Shown here: positions 51,619-62,384 of the stretch, piece after piece
Position numbering within the stretch: position 1 is the first letter of the stretch
How the letters are laid out: every line of letters starts with the position of its first letter
Notes under the pieces: model-generated
What the model saw: only the letters and a program-made list of their open reading frames with translations
What the model was told of the DNA's origin: nothing
The model's database searches: none
Source: Haliotis rubra
Taxonomy: Eukaryota
Assembly: GCF_003918875.1 (NCBI RefSeq)
Contig: NW_025764892.1
Coordinates: 4,092,001-4,156,000 of the forward strand
DNA length: 64,000 nucleotides
Reading direction: 5' to 3'
Program-made: the position numbers and the translations under genes

Positions 51619-51926
51619 CGATGTAGGCCAATGTCTGTACGAGTAGACGGTGTGTTTGTATATTTTGGAGATCTCTTGGGTTACAAGAAAATGGAATTTT
51701 GTGTTCGACCTTCAATACCAAGATGCGTCAGAACATGTCTTAATCAGGAAATCGACCTTTGCTGTGCACGGTGTCTGAACTATCACTGCTCAGGCAATAT
51801 ATACACCGGGAGACGGGGCTATCGTCATGGCATTCAAGTCAACGTGCTTCTTCGTGGGGAAGCCTTCAACGAAAATTCATTATTGTTTACTGTTCATTTA
51901 TCATGGTGACAACTCCAGCATGTAGG
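51619..51926 (+). pseudogene. Decayed, apparently intronless TGF-beta-like paralogue
   Basis: RCRPMSVRVDGVF, TFNTKM/CVRTC, QVNVLL and IMVTTPACR are collinear with motifs of the 54495-60411 gene, spread over shifting frames. Confidence 0.45.
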
Positions 51927-51954
51927 GAAATAATACTAGGGTTGGAACACTTAC

Positions 51955-52160
51955 CAAATCCTGATCAAAATTTACAAAAAGTCTCAGCGACAGGAATTTG
52001 CACCTCAGGTTATCTCAATGGGCTGGGCAGATATTCTCCCCCTCACGACCGGCTTGATACTGCGCATGCGCGTGCAGATTAGACTTGACTATCGTTACTG
52101 GCTCACGGTGGACCTTGTTGAATGGTCTGATTGACCGCCCCCCAATGGGTTAATGTTTGT
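51955..52160 (-). promoter_or_regulatory. Putative ELOVL promoter and non-coding first exon
   Basis: CpG-rich patch with NRF1-like TGCGCATGCGC at ~52061, CCAAT and GC boxes at ~52130-52146, and a minus-strand G|GTAAGT donor at 51955/51954. Confidence 0.45.
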
Positions 52161-54136
52161 TTTGTATGCAGTACCACTAACAACGGTAATGACCCACGAC
52201 AGCGTCGGTCAGCGGTGAATGTCCGCTGAAGGACCGGGCGAGAAATGCACGGTTTACATTCCGCTGAAGGACCGGGCGAGAAATGCACGGTTTAGTACAT
52301 TGTTACGGTTGAAGTGACGTGTGGTCGATTATCGAAAAATATTAATGCATGGATGGTTTATAAAAATATTTACCGTATACATTTAGTTATCGTATACATA
52401 TATATATCTCCCAGTTACAGCATCGAAACGTCATGAATGCATGTTTTCCTTGGGACAGTAATTATTTTGAATCCTTGATGACGATATGCGTTTATCATAC
52501 GTCATGCTTTAAATCCCAATATCACCCATCAGATATTGTAGGCATGTGAACGAATATACAATCATATTGAAAAATTCTAAATATGAAAGACACGATTTAA
52601 AGATAAACTTCAAGCCCATGGTTTTACTTGGCAACAGTAAATAGATATTATATTTGAACCGTTTAATGAATGTGTGAAACAATTTTGGTTTGACACAATC
52701 CATCTGTATATGTTGCCACAGGGGCGTGTCAATGCATCATTCTAAGCGGGCGGTCACGATCCTGACTTTGAAAACAATTAAAAAAGTTTCTCTCAACAAT
52801 AATAATTATTGTAAAAAGCTATTCATCTGACAATGGCTTCATTCATTTGATTTTTTAATTGATGTTTTTATTTTATAAAATATCTCTCTACCTGGCGTAC
52901 ATATATGAGCCGTGTCTTCGGTATTAATCCAAATTGTATGTTACTATCATCTCTGTCTCTCGGAGATAAGAAGCTTTTAATTAGTTTGTCCCTCAGAGCC
53001 TAGAAAATAAATTAAATAGGAGTCCAATTCTATTGCTGAATTGCCTAGACTGCCTCAGCTCTTTTCTGCATTTCTCCATTTGAAATATCTTCTGTTTTGT
53101 TGATAACTATATATTTCTGAGACGACGTCGACATACCAGTATACTATTGAATATTTGCGCGATCGTATTATGTTGGTTGATTTAATGGCCGCATCACTGA
53201 ATACCGTTGTGACGTGAAGTGAAAGATGCGGTCGTTAAATATCCACACTTTGTTGACTGACTGACTGAGTTTGGTTTTACGCCGCTTTTAGCATTATTCC
53301 AGAAACATCACGGCGGGGGGACACCAGAAATGGGCTTCACACATTGTGCCCATGTGGCGATTCGAACCCGGGTCTTCGGCGTGACGAGCCAACGCTTTAA
53401 CCATTAGGCTACCCCACTGCCCCCACACTCTGTTGAAATAAGATTGAAGACATTTTGAACAGCGCACGTGTTTACGAGACTCACGTGTCGGCAAGGTTGT
53501 CAAGGACGAGGAATTTGTTGAACCAGTATACAGCATGTTTATCATTACGTTGTCGGAGCGATCAGGCTCTGAATGACGGAAGCCATTATGTTTAACAAAA
53601 TACCATATAATAATTGGTGATCGAAACAGAGACCATATAATAGATCTATTATATGATTTCTGATTGAAAGCAACATATAAACACCAATATGAGTGAGATG
53701 CCAAAATTGAAATGTAAGACCCTAAAAATAGCTGTCCAATCAAATTCTGTTCATGTGCGAAATACAATCAGTGCTAAGTTACTGATTGTTACGTCATTTC
53801 CCAAACGAATCTATAGATGTGAATAGGTCAAGGTCATACAATCAATACAATGGATGTTAATACAATGAATGAACTAGAATGAGCCCGATATCGCATGGTC
53901 GATTTCTACAACACCAAAATGGGAAAGGAGACAAAATGGTTTTCACACAAAAGGAGAAATAGGAAACATGGGGACAGGTGATTTGGGGAACTGCACTTCG
54001 CTAATGGTGATGAATACTGGACAATGCCGGTGGGGGTCGCTATAGAAATTCCCGCTCATCATTGTAGCTTTAAGTCATGCTGAGGTGCTAGTCCCCCCAC
54101 CCCCTGTTGTTCCACTGTATTCAGTGAAACCGTCCA

Positions 54137-54382
54137 CAGGAAGTGACATTACGTCACATGCCAAATCGCAAGATTACTTCATTCATTGTTGATGACATCA
54201 CAGACGAGTTTATGTGACGACATTCTGCCAACTACAGTTTGACTGAGTTGTCTTCACTTATTATCAGAACACCCACATTTTGTTCTACATTTTCATAAAA
54301 TAACTTACTTGCTTGTCTTTGAATAAATTCTTTCGGAACATACAATCACCAACGCCATCTACATAATCTCAGTATATTCTAG
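54137..54382 (+). promoter_or_regulatory. Putative promoter and non-coding exon of the TGF-beta-like gene
   Basis: ETS CAGGAAGT and CRE-like TTACGTCA at ~54137-54157, TATA-like CATAAAATA at ~54294, donor TAG|GTAGAG at 54382/54383, and acceptor at 54477. Confidence 0.35.
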
Positions 54383-54494
54383 GTAGAGTCATGGCTATTA
54401 TTTTCTCATTGTTGTCTCATTTGAGAGCAATATTTCAGTCTTGGCGCATATTGTTTTTCTTCATTGTTTGATTCTAGAAGTTGGTGAATCAATA

Positions 54495-57400
54495 ATGAAG
54501 CATACGACTGTATGGATAACAACTTCTTGTTTATTGCATAGAGCGACGTGTCAGTTAAGTGTAGATTCTTACACTTCTCTTGATGCAGGTGTAAGAATCT
54601 TCACCGAAACCGCAAAACGTCGCTCTATGCTATAAACAAGAAGATGATAGCGAGTCGTAGGCTTCAATATTGTTTTCTTGTTTAACAGTTTTCGGAGTTG
54701 CCGATGTGCGAGTTCATTGTCGCAGGTAAGTATTTATGCCATCACATATTTTACGTTTCTCAATTCCAACGCGTTGAGTCGGTTTATTATCTCCCTTTAG
54801 TCAGCCTGCCAGAATGATGTTCGACCCTGGAGCGGGGAAATTAATTAAAAAAAATATCCATAGCGTGAAACAGGAACCCTGTTTAGCGAGGTCTACTCAG
54901 AAAGGAATGCTTTGATCACACATGGACACACATGGTCTTGTGTATCTCCAAACTTGAATACATAATATGCCAACCATCACCAATATTACTCGTTATTTAT
55001 CTACAAGGTAAATGTGGCCATCACATATGTCTTAATATGGATGGATCGAGAGATGGACCTTTCCATCAAGCTGATTACAAAAGTGTACAACCAACTACAC
55101 ATGCATGCTTTCATCTTTTCGAAACTAATATAAACAATATATAAAACTGCATTAATAGGTGGTCGAGGATACCCCGTATGTGTGATTATAATGTTACGCC
55201 GCCTTTAGCAATTAGCAATATTCAAGTTACGTATGGGAATGGTCTTCCCATGTTGTACCCATCTACGGCAACGGGTCCGAGTCTTCGACTTGACGGGGCG
55301 CTTGGGTAGCTTGTTGGGTAAGCGTTTGCTCGTCACGCCGAAGACCCAGGTTCGATTCCCCACAAGGGTACAATGTGTGAAAGCCCATTTCTGGTGTCCC
55401 CCGCTGGAAATTGCAGGAATATTGCTAAAATCGGCGTAAAACCATACTCACTCACTCACTTCTACTTGACGAACTATCGCCCTTTCCATATGGAGAAGTC
55501 CATATATGCGATCTGAAATAGTTTTCTTTTTACTGTTCAAATATTTACAAATGTAACACTAACATGTGATATGGTATTGCTTGGACAAACAAAACCCCGT
55601 TAATTAACACGACTTGTATTAACATATATGGTGCTACATATATATTCCTATTATTATATTAATACCTCCACGAGTGTTTACCCCCGACCTATTATAATTA
55701 CACCCCCTGACGTAGGGGGAACATCATTACTGGCACCAGGGAGTCTATATAGTCTTTGTATAGCCACCCTGCTGGTACATATAGCTAGAGGAGCTTCGCT
55801 AATCAGGCCAATGCCGGACAGCGTGTTCTCGTGGAGGAAGGAATACATATTTGGAAATGCCTCACTTTCATCCTTACCGCAGCCTGTAGACAAATGTTCC
55901 GTTTGGATGGCGCCTTTGGCTGTGTAAATGCCAAATGGGTAAGAAACTAGCGCAGTTACACATGATATAGTTCTCACCTGGGTTTGGGGACACGATGCGG
56001 GACAGATATACACAGTGGTTTTACGCCAGTTAGAAATGACCCTGGAACACACTAAGTTTCCATCGATTATTATCGATGTTCCAAATTTGTAGTCATCGTT
56101 TCGTGATGGGTTTGGTTATGTCATCAGTACCACTGAAAAGGGATTCAGGGCCACCCAATTATTACTTACTAATGTCTCAGATTTGTTGTCATGGTTTCGT
56201 GGATGGTTTTGGCTACGTCATCAGTTCCACTGAAAATAGATTCAGGGCCACCCTTCTTTCTTGCTACTATTGTTAATCTCATACTTATAATTATAACAAT
56301 ATGAAAGAATCGGATGAGTTTAAATCTTTGATTATCTATACACACTGCCTTTCTGAAAGTTGTCATATGTAACAAATGTTTTATTTGGGATTATCCTTTC
56401 TCAGTAAGGTACAAATTCTAGTATGTTTTGGATTGTGTCCTCCCGCATTCGTTTGGGAGCGGTGGGGAAGCCCAGTGGTTGAAACGTTCGCTCGTCTCTC
56501 CGAAGACCCGGGGTTCGATTCCCAATATGGGTACAATGTGTGAAGCCCATTTCTTGTGTACCCCGCCGTGATATTGCTGGAATATTGCTAAAAGCGGTGT
56601 AAAACTAAACTCACTCGCCCACGTATTCGTTTGAGAAGTATATGTACTGAACAATAAGAGTTAACGGTACGTGCTCATAGCAAAACATTAGCTTTTATCT
56701 AGAAACAAAATATGTATTTTTTTCGCATTGCCAAATATATAATAATAGTAAACATGATAATTATACTAATAGGAGAGGAAGACAGAACTCAAGTGTAATG
56801 TCGTCTGGTAACCAGACTCCGGACATGGTAACAGATGAAAATGTATATTTACAATAATTATTAGGTTATGTCCCCGCTAGGTTGGTTACAGCACGGAACC
56901 GACCAAACGTTAAATGGAGGAATGGGACATGTCATTCAGACCCGAGGGACCGTGGTTCCGGGCTTTGGTTAAGTGTTCTAGCTTCCACTATTCTAACCGC
57001 ACCCAAAGGGACATTTTCGACAAACATGTCATGTCGAGTTGCGATGAACTTTGAGTAATTGTTTTTCACGTAAGCAAACGGAGCCAAATCAGAGCGAATG
57101 TTGCTTCTTTTTAATCCCGATGGTTAAATATACTCATGCCAATAATGGTTGTCACCCCCTTCATTTTTTTTAATTGGAGAGGGTGTGTGGGTCGGGGGTG
57201 TGAGGTGTGTGTGGGGTTGGGGTGGTGAGGGGGGTGACAACCATTATTGGCATGAGTATACATATGAGAATTACTCGTTTGTCATAAAAAAAACCTACAA
57301 ATTTGCAACAAATCATGAGTGGCAAAAGTGGTTGTGTTTGTCTGCACTGTTTCGTGTCAAGTTTCAATATCCCAGTAAATTACATAAATAACCTGTATAA

Positions 57401-60400
57401 AAGAGGGCGTAACAATAATGTTTGTTTCTAGGTTGATATCAAGACGACCTGTAAATATTCGCGTGAATTCGAACAAGAAAAACTAAAGAGGTCCATACAT
57501 GAGCATCGATCAAAGTACTGATAGCATTGATCAAAGTACTGGTAGCACCGCTCAAAGTACTGGTAGCACCGATCAAAGTACTGGTAGCATTGATCAAAGT
57601 ACTGGTAGCACCGATCAAAGTACTGGAAGCATTGATCAAAGTACTGGTAGCATCGATCAAAGTACTGGTAGCATCGATCAAAGTACTGGTAGCATCGATC
57701 AAAGTACTGGTAGCATCGATCAAAGTACTGGTAGCATCGATCAAAGTACTGCTAGCATTGATCAAAGTACTGGTAGCATAGATCAAAGTACTGGTTCAAT
57801 TGGTCTGCCTTAGTGCCTGAACCACATTACTTTCCCTTAAGTCCAATTAAGCCTTTCTGAAATGTGAAAACCGTCAATGAAGCAAGTCTAGATTCTCCCA
57901 GGTTATGAATCCGCGCTCATCGGATCGAGTTATTTGTTTCTATCAAAATTATATATTTTCAGAAACAAAACGTTAGTCCATGATTCAGTCAGCCATAAGT
58001 TTGACTGTACTATCCGATTCCTATTTCAGTCACTGAATGACGTCTTTGGGAACAGTTCCTATATTCTGCACCGTATTCATCGTCATATATTGGGATCAAA
58101 ATAAGCTTGTTAACCGAAAAGAAAGCAGAGCACGCACATGGTGAGACGCCTTTGGCAAGCAGGTTGTAACTGATATGTCTATTAGCCTATGTCTCGTAGC
58201 GAAATTGATATATCTCGTATTGAATTGGACATGTCTACACCTGAGGAGGTATACATACCGCGTAGCGTGAGTGGGAAGTGCGCATACCGCTATTCTGCTA
58301 AGACAAGATAATTTATAAGAGTAATCTTCGCTGTATTGAGATATTGAGTGAAGCGGCTAATTGTGCCAGTGTTCAAACCCATGAGTGAGTGAGTTTAGCT
58401 TTACGCCGCTTTTAGCAATGTTCCAGCATTATTACTGCAGGGACACACGAAATGGACTTCACACATTGTACCCATATTTGGAATCGAACCGAGATGATCC
58501 GCCCTACCGCCCCACGATCCTATGAGAGGAAGCAAACAAACAAATTTCATTCTCAACATATTCTAATTCATACTATTAGATATTTAAGTTTACTTCATTT
58601 CTAACACAACGCAGCAACTGGGACTGATTAATGGTTCTTGAAAGTTTTGAAAAGTAACATATGATCATCATTTACATTTGCCAACATTTAATGCCGATCA
58701 ACATGCCCAGGGGCGTAGTTACCGTTATGAACAAAAGGTCCGGGCTAACACATGATTGTTGCTTAAAAGGTTGGGCAAGCCCTCACTAGTCAATACTATC
58801 TAAATGTAAAGCTTTGCAACCTATCGGGCTTACACGAAAAAATTGTCTTGCTACGCTCCTGATGCCCCAAGCAAGGTTCGAATTACCCACTGGAATCATT
58901 CTCGAAACCTTTCAGGTCTCCCCAATTATATACTCTCCCCAAAAAGAAACGCATCATGAAAATAGCAATTTCATGTAGCAATGAATTAAAACGTGATTCA
59001 TTTTACAAAAGGTTTTGCTCTGTTTATGAGTCCTATGGTGTTTATGTTTATGTCGACAAATACCCGGATTGATTAGGCTTTCTGCACAGACCGTCAGGAA
59101 CAGGTTGAGAGAGGCTTGTTTACGTGCCAGAAGACCTTATTTTGGCCCTGTGCTTCGACAACAACATCGTCGACATCGAGTTCAATGGTGCACCAACGTT
59201 CAGGCCTGGAACCTAACTAATTGGCGTAGAATCTGGTTCAGTGATGAATCCCGATTTCTATTGGAACAACGCGATGGAAGAATGAGGGTGTACAGACGTC
59301 GACGTGAACGTTTCGCCGACGCTTGCGTTCCCCCAGGTGGACAGATTCGGCCGGGGCAGTGTTATGATGTGGGGAGCGATCACCTGCCGTAGGAGAAGTG
59401 ATTTGGTGATGATCCAGGGCAACCTGACAGCCCAACGGTACTGAGGTATTGACGAAATCCTCAGCCCCAGCCCACACTCGCACAGGCACTACAGGCAGAG
59501 TGGGCTCGATTGGGCAACACGAGATTTCTGAGACTTATTCGTTCGATGCCGAGGCGATGGAGGCGATGCCGTATTGACTTCAGCGCCACAAACATGTCTC
59601 CATGTGACACTCAAACTGACTTTCCTCGAGTTGGTGCCAAAGACGGATAAGTCTGCATTCCCAGTGTGCAATTTCGCTATATTTCATTGACTCATAAAGC
59701 CTACAAGATGTTTCAAAATAAACATAAAAATACAGTTGAAATTCCTATATGCGTTTCTTTTTTGGGAGAGTATATATCCCCCAAATAGATCGTCCCTCCA
59801 GAACTTGTAATACAATACGAATCACAAAGCGAAAAAAAAGTGTAAAAAACTTGTAATTATATATCACAATCAAACAGTGACGAAACCAGGTGTTCACGAA
59901 AACGAGAGCCTCATCGGTGTCACGTTATAAACACATGCAAAGGCAGGCCAATTGTTCACCCTCCAAAAGCGCAAACCTCGGAATCGCAATGGACATCATT
60001 TCTGCTACTGGTGCGTTACGAAATGTCCACATTCATAGTGGTTAAAACGTTCGCTCGTCACGCCGAAGGCCCGTTTCGATTCCCCACATGGGTACAGTGT
60101 GTGAAGTCCATTTCTGGTTCTGTCCCCCGCCGTGATATTGCTGGAATATTGCTAAATGTTGTGTAAAACCATACTCACTCACTCACACTCAGAGGTGACC
60201 AGAAAAACTAGATGTCCATACATAGCATCGATCAAAGTACTGGTAGCATCCAAAAGCATCCAAAAGAATATATTGAGAGCTACGAAACATCTGTATTGTT
60301 ATCACAGTCACCTATCACATTGCTTTCTCTGTAATATGTACGGTAAGGGTTTACAGTGTAAACACATACATGATCCGCAACCTTCGCGTGATTGAGTGTG

Positions 60401-60411
60401 GGTGCAGATGA
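54495..60411 (+). CDS. Divergent prodomain-less TGF-beta/BMP-like cystine-knot protein (~160 aa, 6 coding exons); two frame lesions, possibly a pseudogene
   Basis: Exons 54495-54588, 54689-54725, 55890-55938, 56865-57054, 57432-57490 and 60357-60411 (GT-AG). Spliced: MKHTTVWITTSCLLHRATC-QLSVDSYTSLDAVFGVADVRVHCRRQMFRLDGAFGCVNAKWVMSPLGWLQHGTDQTLNGGM[fs]GTCHSDPRDRGSGLWLSVLASTILTAPKGTFSTNMSCRVAMNFELISRRPVNIRV[fs]FEQEKLKSVNTYMIRNLRVIECGCR*. Collinear with the BMP2 mature domain (CKRHPLYVD, WIVAPPGY, GEC, CVP, DENEK, MVVEGCGCR). Confidence 0.65.
57131..57259. mobile_element. Mini-MITE (Tc1-type ends)
   Basis: 30-bp TIR TACTCATGCCAATAATGGTTGTCACCCCC with TA flanks. Confidence 0.75.
57502..57795. 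repeat. 21-bp minisatellite (AGCATCGATCAAAGTACTGGT) x~14
   Basis: Direct reading. A single-unit cognate site lies at ~60224-60250. Confidence 0.95.
58931..59772 (+). mobile_element. Internally deleted Tc1 transposon
   Basis: TIR TACTCTCCC(C)AAAAAGAAACGCAT with TA TSD. Fragment LSAQTVRNRLREA.LRARRPY...WFSDESRF...DGR.RVYRR. Confidence 0.88.
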
Positions 60412-60747
60412 AGGTGATCGATCTCAGACGAGGGGGGAAGTACATGGGATGGCGCCCATAGCGGTAATGAGACGCTCGTCCTCCATAACCTCATCAAGGT
60501 TACAGCCCTGGCCGATTTCCGGAGGCCATCCGCTCACGTCCATATCAGATCAGGGGACATTTAGCGTCTCCTAAGTTTTGGATCAACACAAAACATAAAC
60601 AGCCAACATGTCCTCTAACCGACAGATGGTGCCACATGTTGGTTTTGTCTGCAGTCGTATGACCGGAAGGTGTCCCCTCATGTTTTTGCAACCTACTGTC
60701 GTATAGTGCTTCCCGACCTTCGTACAATATAAACCGCATGAGGAAGA

Positions 60748-62168
60748 TCAGGAGTAGGCTAAAGAGTGGATGGTTACCCGAAGGGCAGGGGTAAGGTAAA
60801 GGGTGGATGGTGACTCGAAGGGCAGGAGGAGGGTAAAGGGTGGATGGTGACTCGAAGGGCAGGGGTAGGGTAAAGGGTGGATGGTGACTCGAAGGGCAGG
60901 AGTAGGGTAAAGGGTGGATGGTGACTCGAAGGGCAGGAGTAGGGTAAAGGGTGGATGGTGACTCGAAGGGCAGGAGTAGGGTAAAGGGTGGATGGTGACT
61001 CGAAGGGCAGGAGGGTAGGGGTGGATGGTGACTCGAAGGGGGGATGGTGGATGACTCGAAGGGGCAGGAGGAGGGTAAAAGGTGGATAAAGGGTGGATGG
61101 TGACTCGAAGGGCAGGGGCAGGGGGTAGGGTAAAGGGTGGATGGTGACTCGAAGGGCAGGAGTAGGGTAAAGGGTGGATGGTGACTCGAAGGGGCAGGAA
61201 TGGAGGGTAAAAGAGTGGATGGTGACTCGAAGGGCAGGGGTAGGGTAAAGGGTGGATGGTGACTCGAAGGGCAGGAGTAGGGTAAAGGGTGGATGGTGAC
61301 TCGAAGGGCAGGGGTAGGGTAAAGGGTGGATGGTGACTCGAAGGGCAGGGGTAGGGTAAAGGGTGGATGGTGACTCGAAGGGCAGGAGTAGGGTAAAGGG
61401 TGGATGGTGACTCGAAGGGCAGGAGTAGGGTAAAGAGTGGATGGTGACTCGAAGGGCAGGAGTAGGGTAAAGGGTGGATGGTGACTCGAAGGGCAGGAGT
61501 AGGGTAAAGGGTGGATGGTGACTCGAAGGGCAGGAGTAGGCTAAAGGGTGGATGGTGACTCGAAGGGCAGGAGTAGGGTAAAGGGTGGATGGTGACTCGA
61601 AGGGCAGGAAGTAGGGTAAAGAGTGGATGGTGACTCGAAGGGCAGGAGTAGGGGTAAAGTGTGGATGGTGACTCGAAGGGCAGGGGTAGGGTTAAGGGTG
61701 GATGGTGACTCGAAGGGCAGGAGTAGGGTAAAGGGTGGATGGTGACTCGAAGGGCAGGAGTAGGGTAAAAAAGTGGATGGTGACTCGAAGGGCAGGAGTA
61801 GGGTAAAGAGTGGATGGTGACTCGAAGGGCAGGAGTAGGGTAAAAGGGTGGAAAAGAAGGGTGGATGGTAACTCGAAGGGCAGGAGTAAGGGCAGGAGTA
61901 GGGTAAAGAGCGGATGGTGACTCGAAGGGCAGGGATGGATGGTGACTCGAAGGGCAGGGGTAGGGTAAAGAGGTGGATGGTGACTCGAAGGGCAGGGGTA
62001 GGGTAAAGGGTGGATGGTGACTCGAAGGGCAGGAGTAGGGTAAAGGGTGGATGGTGACTCGAAGGGCAGGAGTAGGGTAAAAGGTGGATGGTGACTCGAA
62101 GGGCAGGGGTAGGGTAAAGGGTAGATGGTGACTCGAAGGGCAGGGGTAGGGTAAAGGGTAGATGGTCA
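60748..62168. repeat. 37-bp G-rich minisatellite (GGTGACTCGAAGGGCAGG(A/G)GTAGGGTAAAGGGTGGAT) x~38
   Basis: Direct reading; the array is homogeneous. Confidence 0.95.
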
Positions 62169-62384
62169 CGTGATGCTTTTTTGTTGAACCCGTACTCAGC
62201 AGTTGAACCCTCGCGGCAGTCAGTAAATAATCGAGTCAGGGCCAGGCAATCCAGTGATCAACAGAATGGACATCGATCTATCAATTGTGATACCATGACG
62301 TGTGTCAACCAAGTCAGCGATCTTGACCACTCGATCCCGTTAGCCGCCTCTTACGACAAGCATAGACTGCATAGATCTTTTCTG

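Noticed and set aside
54644-54688. Alternative signal peptide MIASRRASILFSCLTVFG for the TGF-beta-like gene
   Set aside because: It needs an indel, and its hydrophobic codons are simply the pyrimidine tract of the 54688 acceptor. The 54495 start splices in frame without edits.
57502-57795. CRISPR-like appearance of regular repeats
   Set aside because: No unique spacers, no cas genes, and a eukaryotic context.
57439-57813. Heptad-repeat ORFs (SIDQSTG / IDATSTL / IKVLVAS)
   Set aside because: They arise from a 21-bp tandem repeat open in several frames on both strands, lying in a predicted intron.
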